Below are positions 1-12,800 of a DNA stretch of 64,000 bases, piece by piece. The number at the start of each line of letters is the position of its first letter. The first letter of the stretch is position 1. This stretch comes from Monocercomonoides exilis PA203. Lineage: Eukaryota; Protista; Preaxostyla. Below the pieces are notes generated by a model. The model had not been told where the DNA came from. It saw only the letters and a program-made list of their open reading frames with translations, and searched no databases. The translations under genes and the position numbers were made by a program. The stretch lies in NCBI GenBank assembly GCA_001643675.2, contig LSRY02000046.1:372001-436000 (forward strand), given 5' to 3'.

Positions 1-3000
1 TGCTGCTCCCTCTCTCATTCATCCACATCCTTTCTCTCCTTCTGTCTCCTTCAACATATCTTTCTCTATCTCTTTCTCTTTCTCTCTCTTCATATCCCTC
101 CCTCTCACTCTCCCTCTCTCTAAACCTTTCTCTTTCTCTATCTCTTTCTCTTTCTCTCTCCTTCATCCTCTCCCACTCATTCTCCTTCTCCTTCCTCGTT
201 GCCTCGTCTCTGATCCCCAAATGCATCTGTATCCCTCTCGCCAGCGGCTGAATGTCTCTCTTCCCTGCTCTTTCCTGATAGCCCTGCTGATTCTGCCCAG
301 AATACCTTTGGTTCATCATCATCATCTGCTGTTGCTGCTGTTGTTGTTGATAGCGTGAATGAGGATACGAAGCATTCATTTGATATCCCTCGTCTCTGCT
401 TGGATAGCGGGAGGATGAGTCAGAAGAAGAGCGATAGGGCGAGCCTCGAGGTGATTGGGAGTGTGAGTAGTTGGAAGAGTCTGGATAATGCGATGATTGA
501 TTATTGTAGTTATTGTAGTTATTATAATATCCATCATTCCCACCACTTCCTCCTCCTCCTCCTCCTCCACTGAAGTTGCCCTTGTATCTGTCATTGCCCT
601 GCCTTTCCAAATTCTTCTGCTGCGTGGCCACAGCATATGAATAGTAAGGTATCCCGTTCCTCACGCCGTGCCCTCTCCTCTCGTTCCATCCTTCTCCCCA
701 CTTGCTGTGGAACAAGATGCGGCTGTGGTGCAACGTCGGCTCTGAACAGCCAAATAGCAGACTCGACCGATGCTGCTGCCTTGTGGATGCACCTGAAGCA
801 CGCTGCCAGCTGTCTGAATGAGAAGAAGAAGAAGAAGAAGAAGAAGAAAACGATCCATTTGTGCTGAAAGAGAAAGAAGCCATGTCGCCCGGCTTGCACG
901 ATGCACCAGGCACTTCCCAAGGGCGCCTCAGCTCTTCTCGCCAGATGACAGCCACGACACGCTGAGTGGATGAGGCGATGCTGTGGCAGCGGGTGAGGTC
1001 GCAGGAAGGGATGGGCATGCTGGGAACAATGCGGGTGCAGTAGAGGAGGCAGAGGGGGAGAGAAGAAGAGGAGGAGGAGGAGGAAGAAGATAACAATGGT
1101 TGTGAATGAAGCAGCTGTTGCTTCTTCTGTTCTTCTTCTTCTTCTTCGAGTTCTGCTTTTGCTTTCTCCAGTTCTTCCAATGTGACAAAATCTGCTTCCA
1201 TTGCTGAGTCATATTTGGGTTCTTCTGTGTTATTTGTACTGTCTGAATGATTGGATGGATCAGAGGAGGAGGAGGAAGAAGAAGAGGAAGAAGAAGTTGT
1301 ATTTTCTTCTGATGCTGTTTGTTTTAAAGGTTCAGGTATATCTTTGTTCTCTGATGAATCACTTTTATTGGCATCGCTATTATTACTCTTATTGCTGTCA
1401 TCGCCTTCACGATCGTCTTTGTTATGATTATTGTTATTGTTATCATTACCAAAACTCGGAGGCGGAGGCAGAGGGAATATAAATCCAGATGTTTGCGTAA
1501 AGTCCTGTCTCAGATGAACAAGATTGGAAAAGTTCACTTTGGAGTTGACTAATGATGCTTCACTTATTTCTTTTCCACATGCTTCAAATTTATCATCATT
1601 TTTATCTTCTTTTTTCTGTTCTCCTTCTTTCTCTCCTTCTTTTTCCCCTTCCTTTTCTTCTTTCTTTTCATTCTCTTCCTTCTTCTCTTCTTCTTTCTCT
1701 TCCTTCTTCTCTTTTCCCATCATTTCCTCCTTCATCTCCATCTCCTTCGGCAAATAGCACTCCATACACACCCTCCCCAACATCTCATACCTCTCCCTCT
1801 CTTCCTCTGTTGGCTCATAATACTCCACATCCCCTTTCCCTTTCCCTTTCCCACTCCCTTTCTGTCCATTCATATTCCCTTTCCCATCCTCAACTCCTCC
1901 TTTCCCTCTCTCTCTGTCCCTCTCCACACGCACAAACAACATCGTGTCTTCAATGCTATTCCTCCTCTGCTCTTCCCTCGTCATCCTCTTTCCTCTCCCT
2001 CTCCTTATCACAATCTGCGTCTTGTCTGTATACGCATTCTGCTCCACAACTGCAATTTTTTTACCATCTCTTCCTTCATCCCCCTCATCAGTTTCTTCAA
2101 TCCCCAGCTCTTTCTTCTCTCTCTCTTCCTCCTCTTTCGTCATCAGCCCTCCTCCAACATATCTCCCTTCTTCTACCAGCTGCACCATCGCCTTCAGCAC
2201 TTCTTCATCCACAAACGGAAGAATAACCACGGCCTGCCACGCAAACCGCTTCCCATTCAGATCCATCTGAAATGAAGAGGGATAAAACGTGCAGAAGATG
2301 TGCACAAGCGCTGAAAGAGAACCACGCGTCATAATTTGTGTGCTCGCCTGCTTAATTGGAGTTATTTTACTGTTTTCTTCTTTCTCTTCCTCTTCCTCCT
2401 TCTCATCCTCTTCATATTTTGTCACATCGAAATGCTCCGCCCTCAGTTCCCCCAGCGATGCGGCTAACACAAGTGGCTGGTATGCCTTTGGGATGCAATG
2501 GCGTGAGGGTGCCGGCAGAACAGCAAGCAGCTGCAGGAGAGAAGTGAATGGCTTGTGAAGGAGCCAGTTCTTCTTGTTGGGAGGCGGGTCAGAGCAGATG
2601 GTGGAGAAGAGGGTGTGCTCTTTTGTGGATGAGGAATTGGAAGAAGAAGAGGATGATGACGAAGCATCTTTCTTTATAGTGCTATCTCCATTCATCTCCA
2701 CAAAATACTGCCAATCTTCTCCTTTCTCTCCTCCGCTGCTTCCGCTCCACTCGTCATTCATCCTAATCTCCTCCTCATTGCTCCCATCCCCCCTTTCCCA
2801 CTCCTTCTCCTTCTCTTTCTCCTCGTCCTCCACAATCATCTTCACCACCATCGCCAGATCCGACGCAAAGCACGCATAGTGCTTCGAATAGAACCAGCCC
2901 CAGTCCAGCACGCCTCTGTAGTAATACCACAGCGTCCACGTCAGCCCGTTCAGATACGACAACGCGGCTTCTGCCTGTTTTTGCTTCGAGAAAGGGCCCA

Positions 3001-6000
3001 TTCCGCTCTTCGAGTTGTAATAGCGCTCTTTCCACCCACTCTGCCACAGGCGCACGCCATCCGCACTGTCACGCAGATGTGCCTCATCTGACTCTTCAAG
3101 GGCAGACAGCTGGGCGAAGGTGAGGGGGAGAGAGGAGGAAGAGGAGGAAGAGGAAGAAGAGGAAGAGGAAGATGATGATGAAGTAGCAGAAGTTGATGAT
3201 GATGATGATGAAGCAGAAGGAGAAGCAGAAGGAGAAGGCTGAAGAGTGTTAGCAATAGACACTTTCTTTGTGAATGCAGAAGATGAGAACACAGTTGGAA
3301 ATAAAGAAACAGCATCAGGCGAAGCAGCAGGCGTTGCAAAGGGTGACATTTCCACATCACTCAAAATGTCTTCCTCTTCATCGTCAACTTCAATGGCAGA
3401 CGCCAAAAGAGAAGGAGTTGCAACTTCTTCTTCTTCTTCTTCCTCTTCTGCTGCTACTGATGATACTGGTGCCTCTCCTTCTGCAACTGCAATTTCTCCT
3501 TCCTTCTTTCCTTCTCCAATATTCTTGCTTTCTTCTTCACTTTTCTCTTCTTTTGTATCATTTTTTTCTTCTTCCACCCAATTTTTCGGAATTTGCTTAA
3601 CTTTCCCTGTTTCTCCCTGAACTTCCACAACATTCATTTCTTTGATTGATTCTTCTTCTTCCTTCGCCTTTTCCTTCTCTTCTTCTTTTCCTTCTTTTTC
3701 TCCATCCTTTTTTTCACTTTTATTTTCCTTTTTGCCTTTTTCCTCTTCATTTTGAATGTTTCCTTCATCGTCTTCCTCTTCTGCTGCATTCCCAACCAAT
3801 CTTCGTCTTTTTGAGAGGAGTTGAGCCTTCATCCTCTGCGCTGCTTCTATATTTTTGTTCGTTTTGACTGCTTTCAATTCATCTTTCTCTTTCTCTTCTT
3901 TAACTTCTTTCTCTTCTTTCTCTTCTTTCTTGTCATTCTGTTCAATACAATCATTTTGTTGTTGCTGTTGTTGCTTCAGTAAAGATTCACTTGACTTGTC
4001 TTCTTCTTCTCCTTCTTTCAATGAATCCTTCACATCAGTTTCAGATCCAGAAAGAGAAGTGAACGGAGGCAGAATTTCAGGTGGAACACTTTTAACCTCA
4101 TTTTCTTTTGAAGAAGAAGAAGAAGAAGAAGAAGCTGATGATGATGAAAGATTAGATTCCCCTGCTGGTTTCAGCGGCTCATTGAAATGAGGAACTGGCT
4201 GTTTCTCTGTTTGAGACTCCTTTTTGACTGATTTATCAGCCTGTGTTTGTGTGCCTTCTCCTTCATATGATTGAGAGATGTCATAAAATGGAGAAGATTC
4301 GAGTGTTGAAGGCGCAGATGGTTCTGACACATTCTCAGCCACTCCATCAGCCGCCCCCGTCAATGGCATATTATACCTCCCTCCTCTTCCACCACCACCA
4401 CCTCCTCTTCCCCCTCCTCTTCCCCCTCCTCTCCCTCTTCCTCTTCCCCTCTGGCTCCATGTCTGATATCCGTTGAACCCTTTTTCTCCCAGTTCTCGCT
4501 GCAGCTCCTCCATCTCCTTCTCCTCCTCCATCTGCCACAGCGTCAGCTCCTGCTTCTCCCTCCACTCTCCTTCTTCACTCAGAAGATACTGCTCCTCCCT
4601 CAATTCCTTCGCCCTCCTCTCTTTTTCTTTCCTCTCCTGCGCCTCATACTCATTCGCCAGATACATCTGCGTCTTCCTCTTCATTTCTCTCTCTGCTTTC
4701 CTCGCTTCTCTGTCTCTTTTGCGATACTCCAGCTCTTTCAGCCGCCGCAGCCGGAACACCTCGTCTTCGTGTGCCCCAAGCTCCACCACAAACGGAAGCA
4801 GGCCGTGGTAGTTCAGCACACCTGCATCAGTCAAATACTCTGCAGATGAATTTTTTTGGGGTGCAATTAAAAAAAGAAATTGAATGAAAGAAATTGAAAA
4901 TTCAATAAAATCTTATTTTTTTTTCAATGAAAATTACAGACCATCATTATACTTCATGATAGACTTGTACATCTGGATGAGTGCATCAATGGCGTGTTCT
5001 CTGATGTCCAGCGAAGGCAGACACGGCAGGAAATCGTTCCCGACAAAGAAGCACAAGAACACAAAATCATCCACAACCCTCTCAAAATCCCTCGGATACG
5101 CCGGCGCATATTGCGAATTGGGGGACAGCTGCCGCGGCTCGTGCTCTGGCTGGAGGAGAGGGCGGAACTCGAAGCGAAGATAATCGCGAAGGATGGGGAT
5201 GTGCAGGAACTGCAGCGGCTTCGTCATCATGCTGCACTCCCTCACTTTCTTCACGGCCTCTGCAGACATCTCCATTCCGGTGTCTGTGATGATAATCGCA
5301 CTCTTCTGCTCAGACTTCGCTGAATCGCTCTCTACCTCGCTGCTCTGCTCTTCACTCGCTTTTTCTCCTTCTCCATCTCCACCGCCTTCGCTCTTCCCAC
5401 CAGCTGTATTCGGTCCACTTGTCGGGCCTCTTGTATCTACAAGCTCGTCCCTCAGCACAAAAAAATGTGGCTCGTGTGTTGCCAGTGACAGCATAATCAG
5501 ATCAGCATCGAGTCCGTAGATGCAGTGGTGCGTGTTTGGGTCGTAGCCTTCGTCGAACCGCTGCGAGCGGATGTAGTTCATAATCTTGTGCTCTCCTTCT
5601 CCTGGAACACTGCCGGGTGAAAGAAATACTCGAAGCTAAATATTAATAGAAGATTGCATAAGTATATTTTGTACAGAACAAAGGAATAGAGTAAATTGTC
5701 CAGATGTAATTATAGATGAATGAAAATATAAAGATTAGTTTGAAACTTTATTTTATTTTTAAAAAATATCTCAAACATTCTTCCATCCAGGTTCAGTATT
5801 TAATCGTTCAATAACGTAATATTTCAAGAAAACTGTAACTTTATCCATAAAAGGAGTTCCTGGTGTAATTGCATTTGAATCCCATGAAATTTTCTTTCTT
5901 GGATCTTCAACCAATGGAGCCAAGGCAGTATCTTTCGTCAATTCGTCGTATTTTCTGACTGCTTCTTCTTTTTCCCATGCTGATCGAAAACGACGAGAAC

Positions 6001-6520
6001 GTTGCTGATTAATTTTTGCACGAGGTGCGACTCCATCTTTTTATGAAACAATTTCAAAATAGCTCAAAAAAATATCTCGAAGCAAACCAACAGCAAGAAA
6101 TAACACTTTTCGCGGACGAATGATCATCATAAGTCTATCAATGAATTTAAAAACTAAAACAAGCATGTCCTCTTCTGTTTCTGGTGGGTCTTCTCCCTCT
6201 GGATGAGAGCAATTGTGAACACTTTAATAATTGCGTAAAAAACAATCAATATGACATAAATATATTTTCACAAAATAGAATAGTATTACATTCAAAGAAG
6301 AAAAGTGCTTTAATTTCGTCTTCATTTCGAATAAACGGTAATCAAACATGTTATTCATATCAAGATATAAATTATCAAATTCAATTCCATTTGGATTTGC
6401 TTCTGTCATATCAGGCGGAACTTCTTGTCCATCAACGATAACTGGAGGTAGTTCAACTGCGTATGTTATGCAATTACCCCATTTCCTCTGCAACCACCTG
6501 AAAAAGCTTGGAACACCCAT
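1..6520 (-). CDS. XRN2: 5'-3' exoribonuclease 2 (Rat1/XRN2 family), 5 exons, 3' end runs off the window
   Basis: Spliced translation gives [156 protein letters not shown]. Four GT-AG introns between about 4840 and 6350 restore the frame. The last exon (about 4840 to 1) reads as one long frame with large low-complexity inserts. Confidence 0.95.
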
Positions 6521-6848
6521 CTCTAACACTACTGATGGGACAGGATCCTCATTATTGCAAAAAATGCAAATATGGACGATGCAGTTGTTCCATTCATATT
6601 TGGGATTAAAACTGCGCTTGAAAAAGAATGCCCATTAGCAAATTTTTGACATTTTATTTGCTCCGTTTTACAGGATTGCGGAAGTTGTAGCTTAAAAATA
6701 ACATATTTTTCTTTTTAAAAAATATTATTATTTGATTTTGTATGTTTTTTAGATTCATAATATCATGTAATTTTTGACATTTTCCTATTTTTTATTCTTT
6801 CTCTTTTTATCATCCATGCTAATATATAGAAACTAATTACCAACACGC

Positions 6849-9800
6849 ATGTCTCAAACAAGAGAAGATCTTTCCGTTATCATTCGAGAAAAAGATATAA
6901 ACGTTCTTTTACGATACCTTGAATTGTATCATCCTGATCTCGATGAATACGACACTCTTGGATGGGGTCCTATCCATGAGTGCGTTGAGATGCAAAAAAT
7001 GGATTTCCTTGCAGCGCTTATAAAAGCTGGTGCAAATGCAAATCTTAAAACTGGTATTTATTTTTTCGGATTTAATTTTTTCTTCAAAATTTCTTGATTT
7101 CAAAAATAAGCATATTTTGGTGAAACAATAATATTCAAAATTCTTGGAAAAGCGATGGAAGTTGATCAATCCGGAATTCCTATTCATTCTGATGCAGAAA
7201 TAATAGAATCATTAATAATAGCAACTCAGCTTGGAGCAGATCCAAATGAACCAAATGATCAAGGAGATTTGGTATGTCATTTTTTGGAAAGAAAAAAGCA
7301 TTAATGATTATATTTTTAATGATCATAATTGAAAACTTATTTCTTCTTTCCAAAATTTCCATCATTTTCTAGCCTCTTCATATTGCAACATACCATTCTC
7401 TAAACACAATTGCTGATGCTCTCGTTGAAAAATGTGGAGCTGATCCGCTTCTGTGCGATTCAATGACTGGATGGACGCTCCTCCACTACGCTGCAACAGG
7501 CAGGGCTCCGCAGAAGCTGGTACTGAATGTGCTGTCGCGCTGGACGCATCTCGCGAAGGAAAGAGACTTTGAAGGGAGAACAGCGTTGCATTACTTATGC
7601 AGTGGTCGCGAGGCAGTGGCAGACTTTTTGACACAGCGGAAAAAGAAGAACGGCGCAAAAGACGAGACATTCGGCTTTCACTTCAACGCACAGCAACTTG
7701 GAACGGCTGTGGAATATGCTGCTCCTTCCACAAAAAACACGGACAAGCCTTTCAAACAGACTCTGTCAGCTTCTTCGTCAACAGATTCATTGTCTGCCTC
7801 TTCATCGGCATCTGCCAGCGGAGGCATGATTCGAAGCTCTCCTCCTTCTCGCTCCTCTTCCCCTCCACCTTCTTCGTCTATATCCCCTTCTTCTTCAGCA
7901 TCCTCCTCTCCTCAACCTTCTCCCATCAAATCATCTCCTTCTTCTCATCTCCTCAAAAAGTCCTCCTCTTCTTCCTTCGCTGTCCTCTCCCCGCCTGCCC
8001 GTCAGCCGCAGCCCCGTCTTCTCTCTGGTCTGAGTGAGCGTCTACGTGTTCTTGATCTTCTGACAGCTGCTGGCGCTGATGTGAACTGTGCAGACGATGA
8101 AGGGAATACTCCTCTGCATATGTGTGTGTGCAGTGGGGCATATGCAATGGCTGAGAAACTAATGGAAAAGGGGGCAGATCCAGACGGAAGGGGGATTAAG
8201 TGGAACAGGAGAGAGAGGAAGAGAGTGTGGAGAGGAGGGAGAAGAGCAGAGGAGGCGAAGAAAGTACCAGGAATAGGGAGAATAAGAGGAGGAATGAGAG
8301 AAAGAGGAGGAGGAGTGAAATGGAGAGAGAAAGCAAAGAAAACAGAGCAGATGCCTTCACGCAGTGATTCTGCTGGGCGTGCAGTCACACAAAACTCACT
8401 CTGTGCTGTTGGAACACCCGCCTCAAGTCGCTCTCTTTCACGCACATCCACTCGGAATGCCTCTTGTTCTTCACTCGCAATGAAAGAGAAGTACAGCTCA
8501 TACAAAATGGGTTTATCTTCGTCATCATCATCATCTTCTTCTTCTTCTTCCTCTTCCTCTTCCTCTTTTAGTCTTCGTGCTTCGTATGCCCCTCTTTCTC
8601 CTCTGGCACTTGCTGTTCTTCTGCGCGCCCACAACTTCATCTCCCTTCTCATCTCTTTCGGCGCCTCTCTTTCTCTCCATTCGCCTGGCAGTCAGCCAGT
8701 TTCATTGTCTTCTCCTTCATATTTTGGCGTTCTTTCTTCTCCTTCTCTAAGCTCACCTCCTCTTTCTTCTTCTTCTTCTGCTGCTGCTGCTGCTTCGCGT
8801 TTGAACAGCCTGCCTTTCCGTTTTCTGCCAATTAAACCAGTTTCTGATCTTGTTCAGACACCATTTGGTTATGTTTCATCGTCTTTTGCTGCTAATTTCA
8901 CTAAATCTTCTCGATCATTTTCTTCTTCCTCTTTTTCACCTTCACATTCACCATCACTTTCTGCTTCTTCTTCTCCTGCGCCTCCTCAAAACTTCAGAGA
9001 CGAGTTTTCTTTTCCTTCTTTGCAGGTTTCTTCATCATCTGGTTTTTCTATGTCTGCACAGCGCTCACAGGGAGGTTCTAATTCCACAGCTTCACTTTCA
9101 CTTTCTCCTTCTTCGTCTGCCTCTTCCTCATCTTCTTCATCATCATCATCCTCCTCCTCCTCTGCATCATCAGCAACATCAGTAAATCAACCTTCTTCTT
9201 CTTCCTCTTCTTCTTCTCCTTCTCCTTCTCCTTCATTAACACACACCCAGCTCCACACACTCCATCTGCTGGAGCAGATAGGCGTAGCTGTTGGTGCCAA
9301 TGAGAAGATGTGGAGTGTTCCGCTGCCTTCCTCCTGGCTGATACATCGGGTGCCCCGTGTGATTGCAGAGAGAGTGGATGGAGAATTGCTAAGGAAGCTG
9401 GAGAACGCAGAGAGAGAAAGCGAAGAGAAGAAGATTGAGATGGCAGCAGAGAACGCGATGAGAGAAGAAGGAGAAGGGGAGAGGGTAGGGGCAGAGGGTG
9501 AAAGAGGAAGAGGAGGAAAAGAGAGAGGAAGAGGGAAAGAGGAAGGAAGCAGCTTGAATGGATATGATGATGATGATAATGATGAAGGTGAAGATAGCAG
9601 TGAAAGAGAAGATGATGATGATGAAATTGAAGAAGGATGCTATTTTGATGGAGAATTCTATGGAGAAGATGGGAATGAAGAGAAGCTGGAGATTGAAGGA
9701 GCGATTGCGCTGGAAGACGAAGAAGAGGCAGAACTGGCAAACGAGTTTAGCACAACGCCAAGCGAAGCAGAAGACAGAAATGGAAGTGGAAACTTGGCAT

Positions 9801-12800
9801 TTCCTCACGCAACACCAACATCAACGACAAATGCGACTGCAACTGCTCTGTCTCCTTCACAGAGAAACAGAGGTCTTCCGCCTTTGGATACGGCTGATGC
9901 TTCAATCAGCAGTGGAAGCATGGGGAAAGGGACAGCAAATGGCAGTTTGACAAGAGAAAAATCAGAAGAGAAGATAACAGCTGTGTCTTCTAATAACAAC
10001 ATCAACCCCACCATCTTCAACAGCGCTGCCAATGCAATTCCTGGCTCATCTGCCACATACTCCCGTTCCTGCTCTCCCTCACTGAACATCCCCTCTTCTC
10101 CTTTCCTCCCTCCATCTCGTCCTCTTTCTTCTTCCTCTTCTTCCTCTCCTTCTTCCTCTCCTTCTTCCTCTCCTTCTCCTTCTCAACCTCCCTTTCTTCA
10201 CCCACAAGTGCTCCAAGCACAGCAGCACCGCCAGGCCGACCAGAAGAAAGAGCGAATCTGGGCAAAGAAGGCGATTCCTCTGTATTGTGGAGACCTCTCA
10301 GTCATCCATCTGGCAGCAGCGATTGGAGAGGAAGAGGCACTTCGAGTTATTTGTGTGAGCTATGTGGAGGGATATGAAAAGAGAGAGAAGAAAGAGAAGG
10401 AGAGGAGGAAGAATGAAGAAAAGAATGTTGGGAGTGGGAAGAGGGAGAAGGAAGGGAAAGAAGGAGAAATGCAAGAGAAAGAGAAGATTTCATTTGAGAC
10501 ACCAAAATTGATTGAGACAACTGCAACGCAAAGTGGAAGAAATGATGGAAATAATGATAATAATGAGACTTCTGAGAAAACGAATGGAAATAAAGAAGAA
10601 GAAGAAGAGAAAAACAAACCTGAGCCATTGGGTGAGACTGAAAAGTCAAATTCTTCTGATTCTGCTGTTTTACCTTCAAATTCGTCTTCTTCTGCGTCTT
10701 CATCCAAAGAAGAAGGGCAACAAAGTGCAAAAACATACACCCCATCCATCTTTGCTGCTTCGCTTGGTGCTTCACACACAAATACATCATATTTATCATT
10801 ACCTCAATCAATAACATCTTCATCATCATCTTCTTCTTCCTCTTCCTCTTCTTCTTCTTCTTCTTCTCTTTCCTCTCCCCTTCCCTATCTCCATCCGCTT
10901 CTTCCGTCCCTCGAGACTTTCCTCAACTCACTTCAGCCCACCCCTCTCCACTTTGCCTCTGCTTTGGGGCATTTCAGCTGCGTTTCTGTTCTTCTGTCGT
11001 TTGGCGCTGATCAATTTGTGCCTCTTTCGTATGCCTCTGCTTCCCTTGGGATGTTGGAGAGTGTTGTGTGTGGCGATGAGGAGGAGAAGAGAGGGAAAGA
11101 AGGAGAGGAAAATGTTGTGGGTGTCAATAGAAGTGATAGTCGAAGCGATGGGGATGGAGATGACAGTAAATCTGGTAATGCTTCTGTACAGTCAGATCAA
11201 GTATCGCTTTTCTCTTCACTTTCTTTGTCTTCTTCTTCTTCTCTTTCAACAGAAGACTTTTTAACCCACCAATCACACTCCCCTTCACCCACATTGCATT
11301 CATCGCTTTCCTTCTCTTCTCTCCCCAGCCAGCCAGCAGCTCCTAAATGCAGCTGCTATTTGGCTGGAGGCTTTCTCCCCATCCATCTGGCAGCAGCCGC
11401 TGGGCATTTGGATGTGATCGCCACACTCACCAATGTGTCGGTGATAAAAGAAGGGTTGAATACAAACAAGGATAAATTAACTGTTTCATCATCATCATCT
11501 TCTTCTTCTTCTTCTTCTTCTTCTTTTCTTCCTCTCTTTTTCACCTCTCCCTCGCATTTCGAAGAGTGCATTCTCAAGCCAGCACTGCCTCTTCTTGCAA
11601 GGATGCCTGCAAAAGCAAAAGAAGAACCGAGCAATGGAGGAAGTGGAGGAAGTGGAGGAGGAGGAAGTGAATTTGACGACAAAGAGGAGATTGAGAGAGG
11701 AAGAGAAGAGAAAAAAGAGAAGGACAAGAGGAAGAAGAAGAGTGTGCTGAGGGAGGTGCTGAAGATGGTCGTGGAGTTTATGAGCAATTCAGTCAGAGCA
11801 GAGAAGATTGTGAATGAGCAGATGTTTGGAGGAGATGGAGCAGATGATGGAGAAGAAGAAGAGGAAGAGGAGGAGGAAGAAGGAGAAGAGGGTTACACAA
11901 GATTGAGTGATGATGGAGAAGTAAATGAAATTTATAACAATCGCAATAAAAACAGTTCTGAAAGTGTCTTAGCCAAACCATTCGTCAATCCTTTAGACAG
12001 ATTTTCGTGGATCAAAAAACGAATTCAATTGGTCGTCACGAAAAATGTCGCTAATTCTTTTCAGCTTCCTCTTTCTCGTCTTCCCTCTTCCGCCCAGCAG
12101 ACCTCAAAAACAGGATATTTTCTGCCTCGCAAGCAGCATTTCCTTCCAACTTCTTCTTCTTCTTCTTCTTCTTCTACATCTTCATCTACTCCTCCACGCA
12201 CTCCACGTACAGCTCCTCAATACAGCACACCTGGCAAGTCTGCTTTGATCTCTTCTCCAGCAATCACTGCAATGCCTCCATCAACAAGCTCATCATCGTC
12301 ATCATCATCTTCTTCTTCTTCTCTCATTCTCTCTCCTTCTCTTTCATCAGCAACTCCTCCTTCCACTCCATCAACTGCTGCACTTGATGGTCTGTCTTCT
12401 CCTTCTCCTTCCTCCTCTTCCTCCTCCTCTTCTTCTTCTTTCTCACAATCTCAATCTATTTATGATCCCTTTGTCATTCCTCTGTTTGAGCGTGTGATTG
12501 AAATATTAGCCAAACACATTCTCAGCCAAAATCCTTCTTCTCTCTCAACTTCATCACCATCTGTCAAACCTGACCAATCATCATCTTCTCCTCTTCCTCT
12601 TCCTCTTCAATCTTCTCCTTCTCCTTCTTCTTCCTCTTCCTCTTCCTCTTCTTCCTTATCGTTCCCTTCTCCTTCTCCTCTCTCTTCTCTCTCTTCTCTT
12701 TCCTCTCTTTCCTCTCTTTCTTCCCCTCTCTTCGCTCCTCTCCTCCGCTTCCTCTACATCTGCATCCTCTGCTCCATCAGCAGTGGCACACACAAACAGA

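Noticed and set aside
355-4811. Many short Leu/Ser/Phe-rich ORFs on both strands
   Set aside because: Alternative-frame or antisense shadows of the low-complexity XRN2 last exon; the same applies inside the ankyrin gene.
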